A DNA stretch of 64,000 nt, taken from positions 46,969-110,968 of the IMG/VR virus record IMGVR_UViG_3300032313_000518, one strand, 5' to 3'. A model generated the notes under the pieces. That model was not told where the DNA came from. It worked only from the letters and a program-made list of their open reading frames with translations, and searched no databases. This DNA comes from a virus. Both the position numbers and the translations under genes were made by a program. Positions 38,972 through 48,603 of the stretch are shown piece by piece; position 1 is the stretch's first letter, and every line of letters starts with the position of its first letter.

Positions 38972-41152
38972 ATGAATAATACACGTAAAAAAATATTATA
39001 CGTTGCTCCTCACTTATCTACTGGAGGGCTTCCACAATACCTATTAAAGCAAATTGAACATTTCTACAAAGATTACCAAATAAAGGTAGTTGAAGTTAGA
39101 AATAGTGGTGGTGATGCATTTGTGGTTCAAAAAAACAAAATCAAAGCATTAGTTCCCATTCACACTTTATATGAGGATAAATCGGATATACTAAAAGTTA
39201 TAGATGATTTTGAACCTGATATTATACACTTTCAGGAAATTCCACAGCATGATTTGGATTATGATATATTAGATAAAATTTGGGATACCAATCGTAAGTA
39301 TTTTATTATATCATCAACACATGGTTCATTTACAGACCCTGATGCAATTATTTATCAACCCGATAGATATATTTTAGTATCTGAATGGAGTAGAAAAAAG
39401 TTTGAACATTTGGGTATTGATACTATGTTATGGGAGTATCCAATTGAAGATATCAAATACGATAAAGATAAAGCAAAGGAGGTATTGGGATTTGAAAAAG
39501 ATTGGAAGCACGTTCTCAATATGGGATTGTTTGCTCCCGGCAAAAACCAAGCTGAAATCTTTGAGGTAGCTAGATTGTTGGAGAAATACAAAATCAAATT
39601 TCACTTTGTAGGAAATCAAGCTATGAACTTTGAGGATTATTGGAAACCTTTAATGGAAGATAAACCATCTAATTGTGTAATATGGGGAGAACGAAATGAT
39701 GCTGATAAGTTTTACGCAGCAGCTGATTTCTTTTACTTTTCAACACTTTGGGAATTAAATCCATTATCAATCAAAGAAGCACTTTCTTATAAACTACCAT
39801 GTATCTTTAGAAGGTTACATACCTATTTGGATACATATGATACCAACCCATTGGTAACTTATATTGATGGTAATGTACCTGAAACTAAAAAAATTATATT
39901 AGAACAACTAAAGCCTGAATTTGGAGAAATAAGTGGATGGTTTAGTTATAAAGATATGTACAAAGATATAGTTCAGGCTGGTTATGATGGGTGTGAATTT
40001 GTGGAGATTGGGACATGGATGGGTAAATCTACCAACTATATGGTTCAAAAAATAAAAGAATCTGGTAAACGTATTCACTTTACAACCATAGATACATTTA
40101 AGGGAAGTCCATCGGAAGATTGGCATACGCCTGTAATACAAGATTATAATGGAGATTTATTTCCTGAGTTCATTGATAATACACTCCTATCAAACAATTA
40201 TGGATTATTTGATATTATAAAAGATGATTCACTAAATGCGGTTAATCAATTTAAGAATAATAGTATTGATTACATAATGATTGATGGAGGACACTCATAT
40301 ACCGAAGTTACTAATGATTTAAACTCTTGGTATAAAAAAGTAAAACCGGGTGGAATTATTAGTGGAGATGATTATACTATTTCAACTGAAACAACTCAAG
40401 CAGTTGATGATTTCTTTTATGGACAATTTGATAAAACATATTATAGAGCATTCCTAAGAAAGAAACCAAGAATACAAATTAAACATCTATTAACATCTCC
40501 ATTTAACGCAAGAGAATATATTAGTATTGCTTCTATAAAACAATTACAAAAGTATGGAATTGATTATACTCAAAGTATAACTGAAGTGTATAAGGATATT
40601 CCACCTATTGAACATTGTAGAAGACCTGAACATATAAGTAAAGATAATAAGCCGGGTGAGTTATGGCCTGGTGCTGGATTGGGTTGGATAACTGGTGGAC
40701 ATTATGGGTGTTATTTAGCACATAAGAACGCAGTTGATAGTTTGGATTCTAAATACGATTACACTCTTATATTCGAAGCAGATGCGTTCATATATACCGG
40801 CTTAGAAGAGTTTGTAGATATAGTTCATAAAGCATGTTTCATTTCAGAAAGAGATGATGTGTACTACATTGGATTGGCAAATAATCCATCTCGTTCAAAA
40901 GAAAAGGTAGATGAGTTATTTTCACAAACTGCACATAACCAAGACCTTGCACATGCGTATTTAGTCCGAAACAAAGATAAACAATGGTGGAACGATAGAA
41001 TAGCAGATTGTGAATGGGATGTTGGTGATTTATGGTACAACCACATATTTGCTAAATATCCAATGAAACGATACACTACAAACAAAATGTATAGTAATCA
41101 GACAGAGGGATTCTCATTATTAGACCAAACAATTAAAACTTGGAACGTATGA
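38972..41152 (+). CDS. Fusion of GT4 glycosyltransferase, class I SAM methyltransferase and GT-A (GT25-like) domain
   Basis: PHLSTGGLPQ, MGLFAPGKNQ, ELNPLSIKEA; VEIGTWMGKS, IMIDGGHSY, KPGGIISGDDY; GCYLAH, IFEADA. Confidence 0.85.
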   Translation: MNNTRKKILYVAPHLSTGGLPQYLLKQIEHFYKDYQIKVVEVRNSGGDAFVVQKNKIKALVPIHTLYEDKSDILKVIDDFEPDIIHFQEIPQHDLDYDILDKIWDTNRKYFIISSTHGSFTDPDAIIYQPDRYILVSEWSRKKFEHLGIDTMLWEYPIEDIKYDKDKAKEVLGFEKDWKHVLNMGLFAPGKNQAEIFEVARLLEKYKIKFHFVGNQAMNFEDYWKPLMEDKPSNCVIWGERNDADKFYAAADFFYFSTLWELNPLSIKEALSYKLPCIFRRLHTYLDTYDTNPLVTYIDGNVPETKKIILEQLKPEFGEISGWFSYKDMYKDIVQAGYDGCEFVEIGTWMGKSTNYMVQKIKESGKRIHFTTIDTFKGSPSEDWHTPVIQDYNGDLFPEFIDNTLLSNNYGLFDIIKDDSLNAVNQFKNNSIDYIMIDGGHSYTEVTNDLNSWYKKVKPGGIISGDDYTISTETTQAVDDFFYGQFDKTYYRAFLRKKPRIQIKHLLTSPFNAREYISIASIKQLQKYGIDYTQSITEVYKDIPPIEHCRRPEHISKDNKPGELWPGAGLGWITGGHYGCYLAHKNAVDSLDSKYDYTLIFEADAFIYTGLEEFVDIVHKACFISERDDVYYIGLANNPSRSKEKVDELFSQTAHNQDLAHAYLVRNKDKQWWNDRIADCEWDVGDLWYNHIFAKYPMKRYTTNKMYSNQTEGFSLLDQTIKTWNV

Positions 41153-42297
41153 TATACGAAAATTTAAAAAGAAATATAAATAACATAACCGAAGTAAAAA
41201 ACAACGTATCAGTTAATTTTGTTAAAGGTGCTTTTGTAGAAATCAAAGGACCTTATAAAGCAGAATACGTTGTTGATTTTATAGATAATAGAAGTGGTAA
41301 ACGAATATTTTCTACTAATATTGGAAACAATTGTTGGACAAAATGTACACATGAATATTTTATAGAATGGAAAATACAAATTTATCAAAATGGTAAACTT
41401 TGGTATGAACATCTATATGATGCAACTGATAAAAGAGTTTACATTCCATTAGATTCAAAAGCATTGGGTGATACGATGGCTTGGTTTCCATATGTAGATG
41501 AGTTCCGTAAAAAACATAATTGTAAAGTTGTAACATCTACATTTATGAATGAGCTATTTATAGATGAATACCCTGAATTAGAGTTTATTAAACCAGGTGA
41601 AGCGGCCGATGGTTTATATGCAATGTATTCAATCGGATTATTTTATAATGATAACAATGAACCAAACCTACTAAAAAATCCAAACGATTTTAGAAAGCAA
41701 CCATTACAAAAAATGTCTTCGGATATTTTAGGATTGGAATATGTGGAGATTAGACCTAAAATAAAACAAAATCCAATTGAAATAAATTCAGAACTAAAAC
41801 AAATTTGTATTGGTGTATTTGGTACGGCTCAACCTAAATTTTGGAATAATAAAGATGGTTGGCAGTATGTAGTTGATTGGTTAAACTCAAAAGGATACAC
41901 TGTTAAACTTATATCAAAAGAGGGAGATGATTATATGGGGAATAAATTACCAACTGGAATTGTTAAACATCCAAACGGTCCTTTAAGTGATGTAATTGAT
42001 GAACTTAGGAAATCAAAAGCATTTATAGGAATTGGTAGTGGTTTAAGTTGGTTAAGTTGGGCAGTTAATACTCCAACGGTATTGGTGAGTGGATTCTCAT
42101 ATGATTGGGCAGAGATGCAAGATTGTGTAAGAATTGCAGCACCAAAAGGAAAATGTGAAGGATGTTTTAATCGTTATAGATTAGATGCTGGGGATTGGAA
42201 TTGGTGTCCCGACCACAAAGGTACGGATAGACAATTTGAATGTACTAAATCAATAACACCACAATCAGTAATAAAAGAATTAGAAAAATTCTTATAA
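41149..42297 (+). CDS. Autotransporter O-heptosyltransferase-like protein (AAH/TibC family); start corrected to ATG 41149
   Basis: ALGDTMAWFPY.DEFRKKH, FIGIGSGLSWLSWA, Cys finger CEGCFN...WCP.HK..RQFECTKSIT; ATGA overlap with the upstream gene. Confidence 0.85.
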   Translation: MIYENLKRNINNITEVKNNVSVNFVKGAFVEIKGPYKAEYVVDFIDNRSGKRIFSTNIGNNCWTKCTHEYFIEWKIQIYQNGKLWYEHLYDATDKRVYIPLDSKALGDTMAWFPYVDEFRKKHNCKVVTSTFMNELFIDEYPELEFIKPGEAADGLYAMYSIGLFYNDNNEPNLLKNPNDFRKQPLQKMSSDILGLEYVEIRPKIKQNPIEINSELKQICIGVFGTAQPKFWNNKDGWQYVVDWLNSKGYTVKLISKEGDDYMGNKLPTGIVKHPNGPLSDVIDELRKSKAFIGIGSGLSWLSWAVNTPTVLVSGFSYDWAEMQDCVRIAAPKGKCEGCFNRYRLDAGDWNWCPDHKGTDRQFECTKSITPQSVIKELEKFL

Positions 42298-42313
42298 AAA
42301 TTAAAAAAGAGTA

Positions 42314-42321
42314 TATTTATA
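42314..42321 (+). promoter_or_regulatory. Putative late promoter TATTTATA
   Basis: Octamer 25 nt before ATG 42347. Confidence 0.65.
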
Positions 42322-42346
42322 TATAAACAAACAAAACAATAATATT

Positions 42347-42709
42347 ATGGCATTAGATGTTCCACAAATACAAAACGTAGAGATTGCAACTGCAAAATTA
42401 GATGAAGATGTAATCAAACAAATTCAAGAGTTAAACCAAAAATCTGCTTTATTAATTCAGGAGTTTGGAGGAATCTACATTAGAAAACAACAAATTGAAG
42501 AAGAATTGCTTCGTATGGATGAGTTTTTAGAAAAAGGTAATGATGAATACAAAATGTATCAACAACAATTAAACGAAATTGGAGAGCAAGTTGATGAAAA
42601 ATATCCACAAGGTAGAATCAACATTCAAGAGGGTACTGTTCAATATCAACCAGGTGCACCAACTCGTAAGCAATTGGCTGAGCAACAAACTCAACAAGCT
42701 AACCAATAA
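42347..42709 (+). CDS. Small coiled-coil protein, paralog of 38657..38938
   Basis: YPQGRINIQEGTVQYQ motif. Confidence 0.65.
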   Translation: MALDVPQIQNVEIATAKLDEDVIKQIQELNQKSALLIQEFGGIYIRKQQIEEELLRMDEFLEKGNDEYKMYQQQLNEIGEQVDEKYPQGRINIQEGTVQYQPGAPTRKQLAEQQTQQANQ

Positions 42710-42721
42710 AAATTTATTCTA

Positions 42722-42729
42722 TATTTATA
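42722..42729 (+). promoter_or_regulatory. Putative late promoter TATTTATA
   Basis: Octamer 26 nt before ATG 42756. Confidence 0.65.
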
Positions 42730-42755
42730 TAGTATAAAGAGTAATACTATATTTA

Positions 42756-45700
42756 ATGAGTGAATTATCTAACTTTTTAGTAGAAAGCATATTAGGAGAA
42801 TCTGTCGAAATGGAAAACGTAATAGTTGTCTATTCCGGCAGATTTCAACCGTTTCATAAAGGGCATTTCGCCACATACAAACAACTTGTATCAAAATTCG
42901 GAAAGAATGATGTTTATATAGCAACATCTAACAAAACCGATAGCCAAAAATCTCCATTTGATTTCAGAGAGAAAAAAACTATAATGACTAAAATGTTTGG
43001 TATTCCATCAAACAAAATAGTTCAGGTTAAAAACCCATACCAACCAACGGAAATTGTAAGTTCATACGATGCAGCTAAGACTGGTTTAATAGTTGTAGTT
43101 GGTGAGAAGGATGAGCAACGTTTAGGTGGAAACTATTTTACTCCATATAAAGGTAAGGTGGAGATGGGATATTTGGATAAAGGATACGTTTACGCTTCAC
43201 CATCACAATCAAACCCAATTAGTGGAACTGATGTTCGTAATTGGTTAGGTAATGGGACTGATGAGGAAAAAAAAGAAGGATTCTTAAAAGCTTATCCAAA
43301 GTTTGATGCAACTGTTTTCAAATTCATTACATTAAAATTAAGAAAACTTTCTGAAGATATTAACTTAGATGTAAATGTAGGTGATACTCTTTTAATGGGT
43401 AAGTTTAAGAATAAAAGAGTAGTTGTAAAAAATATTGATAAAGATGAGCATGGTATGCCAACTATCAATGGTAAGAAAGCAACAACATTTAGAATACCAC
43501 CAAAATCAAATCTATTTAATGAATCATCATTAGGCGGATACTCAGCTGAAGCAGGTGAGCCTGAAACTGGATATGTTGCGGATGGACAAAAAAGATTGAT
43601 AAATAAAGCAAAACCAGAACCTTGGTTTAAGCAAGGTGGATATAAACAATTACATGTACCACAGGGTGATTGGATTAGAGGTAAAGGTAAAAATAGAGAT
43701 AACGATTCAACATTTAGAAAAGTTTACTATAAAGTAACCAATATAGATACGAGTGATTTGGACCCTGCTAAAGACCCACATAAAGTTGAAGATTGGAAAG
43801 AAGTAAAACCAAAGAAAAAAATTAAAAAACCAAAAAGATTTTGGGAAGATACTGAATTGGATACAAACTTATCATTAATATCCGAAGAGGATTTAAATCA
43901 AATAGCAGAAGATTATATGGCTGCATTGGATGAAATGGGACTTGGTGGAGGAGCTGGTGTAGGTTTATCATTGCCAGGTGGATTCATAAATGGAGCACCA
44001 AAAGCAGATGATGTTGCCAAAGTAAGTAAGAAGTTGAAGAATAAAGGAATGAGTGGGTATGAGGAGATTGATGAAGATATTAATTCCGATACGATAGAAT
44101 GTTCAAATTGTGGATGGGAATGGGAAAAATCTGAAGGTGGTGAACATCCATATACATGCCATAAATGTGGTAATGATAATTCCGATGAACCAATAGAAGA
44201 TTTAACGGAGATGGCTGAAATGGCTAAATCTGATTTAGACCAAGTTGAAAAATACGCAGATGCCCAATTATCTCCTGAAGATATTGAGTTGGGAAAAGAG
44301 AGTGACCATTTCTTCCAAAGATTAAATGACCCTCGTAATGGTAAACAAATATCTCCAGCTGAACTAACTGGTTTCTTTAAGAGATTAGCAAAAAATAAAA
44401 AGAAATTTTTAGATTTTATAAAACAATATAAGGAGTTTGTTGTTAAAGATAAGAGAACAAACATTAACATTCCGTTTATGGCAGTAGCAAACAAATTGAT
44501 TGCTAAAACCATAATGAGAAAAGATGATTTCAAATCTTCAACACCCGTCTATGTAACGGAACAAATACTAAACGAAGGTGGAGCTTATGGACACATGCAT
44601 CATCCGTTTGATATTGAAATGAACCTTACGTTCTCTGACCTAAAGAACATTGTTAAGAAGGCACTTACTGGAGATTTGGATGTAGCAAGAGAAAAGACAG
44701 ATGGACAGGCATTGGCAATCAGTTGGGTAAACGGAAGATTAGTTGCAGCTCGTAACAAATCACATCTAAAGAATAAAGGTGAGGGTGCTATGACAATAGG
44801 ACAGGTAGCAGATAAGTTTGGTGGTAGAGGTGGATTAACCGATGCTTACAACTTTGCTATGAAAGATTTATCAAAAGCAATTGGCTCATTATCCGAACCA
44901 CAAAGAAAAAAGGTATTCAATGATGGTAGTTCGTTTATGAATTTGGAAGTAATATACCCAACATCAGTAAACGTAATTCCATACAACCAACCGCTATTAG
45001 TATTTCACGGAACATTTGATTATGATATTGATGGTAACATAACTGGTGAGAACCAAACATCAGCAAGAATATTAGCTGGTATGATTAAGCAGATAAATGC
45101 AAGTGTTCAATCCAAATACACAATACAAGGACCTCCAATGCAAAAATTACCAAAGAGTGAGGATTTAACAAAACTACAATCAAAGTATATGAGTATGATA
45201 TCTAAACTACAAAGTGAGTTTGGGTTATCTGATTCGGATGGGGTAGCTGATTATCATCAAGCTTGGTGGAGTAACTTTGTGGATAAAAACGCAAAGGGTT
45301 TAGATGCACAAGAAAAGATTGGTTTGGTTAAGAGATGGGCATTTGGTGATAAAGGATTCAGAATAGCAACAATACAAGACCCTAAGTTAAGAAGTTGGGC
45401 AGATAATACCGAAAAGAAAGACCAAGCTAAAATAGCAAAAGATAACCTAATGAAATTTGAAGAAATATTCTTAGGAGTTGGGGCAGATGTTCTTTCATTT
45501 ATGGAATCCGTACTTACTGCAAATCCAACGGAAGCAACTAAACAAATGGTAGCTAGATTGCATAAGACGGTTGATGATGTTAGAAAGTTGGGAGACCCTA
45601 AAAAATTGGACAAACTTAAATTAGAATTGCAAAGATTACAGGCGTTGGGTGGTTTTGAAAAGATAGTTCCAAACGAAGGTATCGTATTTGTATATAACGG

Positions 45701-45767
45701 AAACACTTACAAATTAACAGGAGCATTCGCTCCACTTAATCAGATATTAGGTCTTTTTTACGAATAA
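42756..45767 (+). CDS. Multidomain protein: N-terminal cytidylyltransferase-like (HIGH) domain, small modules, Zn ribbon, C-terminal ligase-like nucleotidyltransferase
   Basis: SGRFQPFHKGH and ISGTDVR; CSNC...CHKC; EKTDG, EGIVF, YKLTG. Confidence 0.75.
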   Translation: MSELSNFLVESILGESVEMENVIVVYSGRFQPFHKGHFATYKQLVSKFGKNDVYIATSNKTDSQKSPFDFREKKTIMTKMFGIPSNKIVQVKNPYQPTEIVSSYDAAKTGLIVVVGEKDEQRLGGNYFTPYKGKVEMGYLDKGYVYASPSQSNPISGTDVRNWLGNGTDEEKKEGFLKAYPKFDATVFKFITLKLRKLSEDINLDVNVGDTLLMGKFKNKRVVVKNIDKDEHGMPTINGKKATTFRIPPKSNLFNESSLGGYSAEAGEPETGYVADGQKRLINKAKPEPWFKQGGYKQLHVPQGDWIRGKGKNRDNDSTFRKVYYKVTNIDTSDLDPAKDPHKVEDWKEVKPKKKIKKPKRFWEDTELDTNLSLISEEDLNQIAEDYMAALDEMGLGGGAGVGLSLPGGFINGAPKADDVAKVSKKLKNKGMSGYEEIDEDINSDTIECSNCGWEWEKSEGGEHPYTCHKCGNDNSDEPIEDLTEMAEMAKSDLDQVEKYADAQLSPEDIELGKESDHFFQRLNDPRNGKQISPAELTGFFKRLAKNKKKFLDFIKQYKEFVVKDKRTNINIPFMAVANKLIAKTIMRKDDFKSSTPVYVTEQILNEGGAYGHMHHPFDIEMNLTFSDLKNIVKKALTGDLDVAREKTDGQALAISWVNGRLVAARNKSHLKNKGEGAMTIGQVADKFGGRGGLTDAYNFAMKDLSKAIGSLSEPQRKKVFNDGSSFMNLEVIYPTSVNVIPYNQPLLVFHGTFDYDIDGNITGENQTSARILAGMIKQINASVQSKYTIQGPPMQKLPKSEDLTKLQSKYMSMISKLQSEFGLSDSDGVADYHQAWWSNFVDKNAKGLDAQEKIGLVKRWAFGDKGFRIATIQDPKLRSWADNTEKKDQAKIAKDNLMKFEEIFLGVGADVLSFMESVLTANPTEATKQMVARLHKTVDDVRKLGDPKKLDKLKLELQRLQALGGFEKIVPNEGIVFVYNGNTYKLTGAFAPLNQILGLFYE

Positions 45768-45794
45768 TTTTTAACGTTTTTTCCAAAAAGTATA

Positions 45795-45802
45795 TACTTA
45801 TA
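45795..45802 (+). promoter_or_regulatory. Putative late promoter TACTTATA
   Basis: Octamer variant 23 nt before ATG 45826. Confidence 0.6.
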
Positions 45803-45825
45803 TATACGAATATATAGGAAATAAT

Positions 45826-46515
45826 ATGGCAAAAGAATTCAATCGAAAGTACATGCATCCGACTCGTAGAAAGTTATCGGATATGGTATTACGTGGGCAG
45901 GAATATGAAACAAATGCACAAATCTCATTATCAGTAAATCCAGAAGCTAATATTACTAGAGAAGTTGGAGAAACTTGGACTGATTCAAATGGAGTTCAAT
46001 GGGAACAAAAAAAATGGGGTAAGGAGCAAATATCATCATTAAGTGAAACAATGTCTAGTGTAAGAAATTACCTATCAGAACTTAATAGATGTAAAGGTAC
46101 TGAATGTAAAACAATCAAATTAGGTAGAGTAGATAAAAAGTTAATATCTAAAACAGGATATTGTACAACTTGTCTTGCTAAAAAAGAATTTGAAATAAGA
46201 GTAGATGGGTTGTGGGATGCGTATGAAACCTACAAATTAACATCAAATATGATTGACCACGGAACTGATGTACTTGCTCAATTTAATCAAGCATATAAAG
46301 ATGCAAGACAGGAATATGAGTATGTAAACGAAAATGGTACAACTGAAAAGTGGACTATGGAAAGACCTGTTGAGGAATTAAAAGCAGAAATATTGCTTGA
46401 AATTACCAACGTAGAAGCTGAAGTTGCACAAGTTACAAAATTAAGAAATGAAGCTTGGGAGTTACTAAAAGATAAAAATTACGATTTAGTAAAGCCACCT
46501 AAAGATTTAGTATGA
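45826..46515 (+). CDS. Cys-containing protein upstream of TerL (possible small terminase by position only)
   Basis: CKGTEC and CTTC motifs; ATGA overlap with TerL. Confidence 0.5.
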   Translation: MAKEFNRKYMHPTRRKLSDMVLRGQEYETNAQISLSVNPEANITREVGETWTDSNGVQWEQKKWGKEQISSLSETMSSVRNYLSELNRCKGTECKTIKLGRVDKKLISKTGYCTTCLAKKEFEIRVDGLWDAYETYKLTSNMIDHGTDVLAQFNQAYKDARQEYEYVNENGTTEKWTMERPVEELKAEILLEITNVEAEVAQVTKLRNEAWELLKDKNYDLVKPPKDLV

Positions 46516-48104
46516 GTAACGGAATACAACAAAAGAAATCTCTAAAGCAAATCATAGGAGAAGAATACATAAAGTGTGCTAGTGACCCTATCCACTTTAT
46601 GAAGAAATATTGTATGATTCAGCATCCGGTGAAAGGTAAAATACCATTTCATCTATTTCCTTTTCAAGAGAAAACACTAACCGAATTTAAGAACCATAGA
46701 TTTAATATCGTTCTTAAATCTCGTCAAACTGGTATCTCCACATTATCAGCAGGTTATGCGTTGTGGAGTATGTTATTCAATACGGATTTTAACGTATTGG
46801 TTATTGCAACAAAACAAGAGGTTGCAAAGAACTTAGTAACAAAAGTAAGAGTAATGTACGAACTATTACCATCGTGGTTAAAGGGTGGTGCATTGGAGGA
46901 TAACAAACTCTCACTTAAATTACAAAATGGTTCACAAATCAAAGCAATTGCTTCCTCACCTGATGCAGGACGTTCGGAAGCCCTATCACTACTAATATTT
47001 GATGAGGCAGCTTTCATTGATGATATCGATGAGATTTGGAAAGCAGCTCAATCTACACTATCAACGGGTGGGGCGTGTATTGCCCTTTCAACTCCCAATG
47101 GTGTGGGTAATTGGTTTCATCAAACGTGGAGTGATGCAGAATCTTCTATAAATCCATTCAACACAATTCGTTTACATTGGACAGTTCATCCAGAAAGAGA
47201 CCAGACGTGGAGAGATGAGCAAGAAAGATTGTTGGGAAGAAAAGGAGCTGCACAAGAATGTGATTGTGACTTTATTTCATCTGGAGATAACGTAATTGAC
47301 CCAGAACTCTTAATGTTCTACAAAGAAACTTATGTTCAAGACCCTGTTTCAAAAGGTGGTATAGATAATAACTTTTGGAGATGGGAATATCCTACATCAA
47401 ATGCATCTTATATGGTTGTAGCTGACGTTGCAAGGGGAGATGGTGCCGATTATTCTACTTTTCACGTTATGGATATTGTAACTGCAACTCAAGTTGGTGA
47501 ATACAAAGGTAAGATGGATACAAAAGATTTTGGAAATTTGTTAGTAGCAATATCAACTGAATATAATGATGCACTATTAGTAATTGAAAACGCAAACATT
47601 GGTTGGGCAACAATACAACAGGTAATAGATAGAGGGTATCGTAACCTATTCTATATGAGTAAAGATTTGAAATATGTAGATGTTGAGAATCAATTAAACA
47701 ATAGATACAGAGCACAAGATAGAGGATTGGTTGCTGGTTTTTCAACAACATCAAATACAAGACCTTTAATCATATCAAAGTTGGATGATTATTTCAGAGA
47801 GAAATCCGTTATAGTTCGTTCATCTCGATTGATTGATGAATTGTTTACATTTATATATTCAAGCGGTAGAGCACAAGCTATGAAGGGTTATAATGATGAC
47901 TTGGTAATGGCATTCTCTATTGGATTATGGGTAAGAGATACCGCACTTCGTTTAAGACAAGAAGGTATTGATTTAACAAAAATGGCAGTAGCTGGAATTA
48001 CTGCAAATACATACGAAGGTGTGTATTCACCATCTAATATGGATGAGAATCCTTGGAAGATGAGAGTGGGTGATACGTTCGAAGATTTATCCCAATGGTT
48101 ATAG
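46512..48104 (+). CDS. terL: Terminase large subunit (gp17-like)
   Basis: KSRQTGIST, LIFDEAAF, STPNG, ADVARG.G.DYS, DDLVMA. Confidence 0.95.
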   Translation: MSNGIQQKKSLKQIIGEEYIKCASDPIHFMKKYCMIQHPVKGKIPFHLFPFQEKTLTEFKNHRFNIVLKSRQTGISTLSAGYALWSMLFNTDFNVLVIATKQEVAKNLVTKVRVMYELLPSWLKGGALEDNKLSLKLQNGSQIKAIASSPDAGRSEALSLLIFDEAAFIDDIDEIWKAAQSTLSTGGACIALSTPNGVGNWFHQTWSDAESSINPFNTIRLHWTVHPERDQTWRDEQERLLGRKGAAQECDCDFISSGDNVIDPELLMFYKETYVQDPVSKGGIDNNFWRWEYPTSNASYMVVADVARGDGADYSTFHVMDIVTATQVGEYKGKMDTKDFGNLLVAISTEYNDALLVIENANIGWATIQQVIDRGYRNLFYMSKDLKYVDVENQLNNRYRAQDRGLVAGFSTTSNTRPLIISKLDDYFREKSVIVRSSRLIDELFTFIYSSGRAQAMKGYNDDLVMAFSIGLWVRDTALRLRQEGIDLTKMAVAGITANTYEGVYSPSNMDENPWKMRVGDTFEDLSQWL

Positions 48105-48122
48105 TGTTTTAATATTTTTACA

Positions 48123-48130
48123 TATTTATT
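48123..48130 (+). promoter_or_regulatory. Putative late promoter TATTTATT
   Basis: Octamer variant 24 nt before ATG 48155. Confidence 0.6.
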
Positions 48131-48154
48131 GTATATATCAAAATACTATTTACT

Positions 48155-48592
48155 ATGATTAAGTTAAAATCTTTACTGAACGAAGATGAGTATATTGACC
48201 AAGCATATGCTATGGGTGATACTCCGCAAGATAATCCAATTGATGATTATGATGAATTGGATGTTGAGCAAGAAGATATGGATGATTTTATTACATTCTT
48301 AAAAGGGTACTCAAACGAATTGGATGAGGCGAATTGTAATTGTGTATTTGAAGCAGAATATCAGGGAAGAGAAGTAAAGTTGGGTAAACCGATGCAAGGC
48401 GATGTGAAGAAATTTAAGGTCTACGTCAAAAACCCAAAAACAGGTAAGGTGATTAAGGTGAATTTTGGACAGAAAGGAATGGTTATTAAAAAAGACAATC
48501 CAGCAAGAAGAAAATCATTTAGAGCAAGAATGAATTGTGATAATCCCGGTCCAAGAACAAAGGCAAACTATTGGAGTTGCCGAAAATGGTAA
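48155..48592 (+). CDS. Probable internal head protein: acidic pro-region plus basic C-terminal domain
   Basis: MIKLKSLLNE leader; KKFKVYV...RRKSFRAR.NC...YWSCRKW domain. Confidence 0.6.
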   Translation: MIKLKSLLNEDEYIDQAYAMGDTPQDNPIDDYDELDVEQEDMDDFITFLKGYSNELDEANCNCVFEAEYQGREVKLGKPMQGDVKKFKVYVKNPKTGKVIKVNFGQKGMVIKKDNPARRKSFRARMNCDNPGPRTKANYWSCRKW

Positions 48593-48603
48593 AATAGAAA
48601 ATT

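Noticed and set aside
43913-45706. Minus-strand ORFs of 206 and 149 aa
   Set aside because: Antisense to a well-supported gene, with Ser/Phe/Leu-rich mirror composition.
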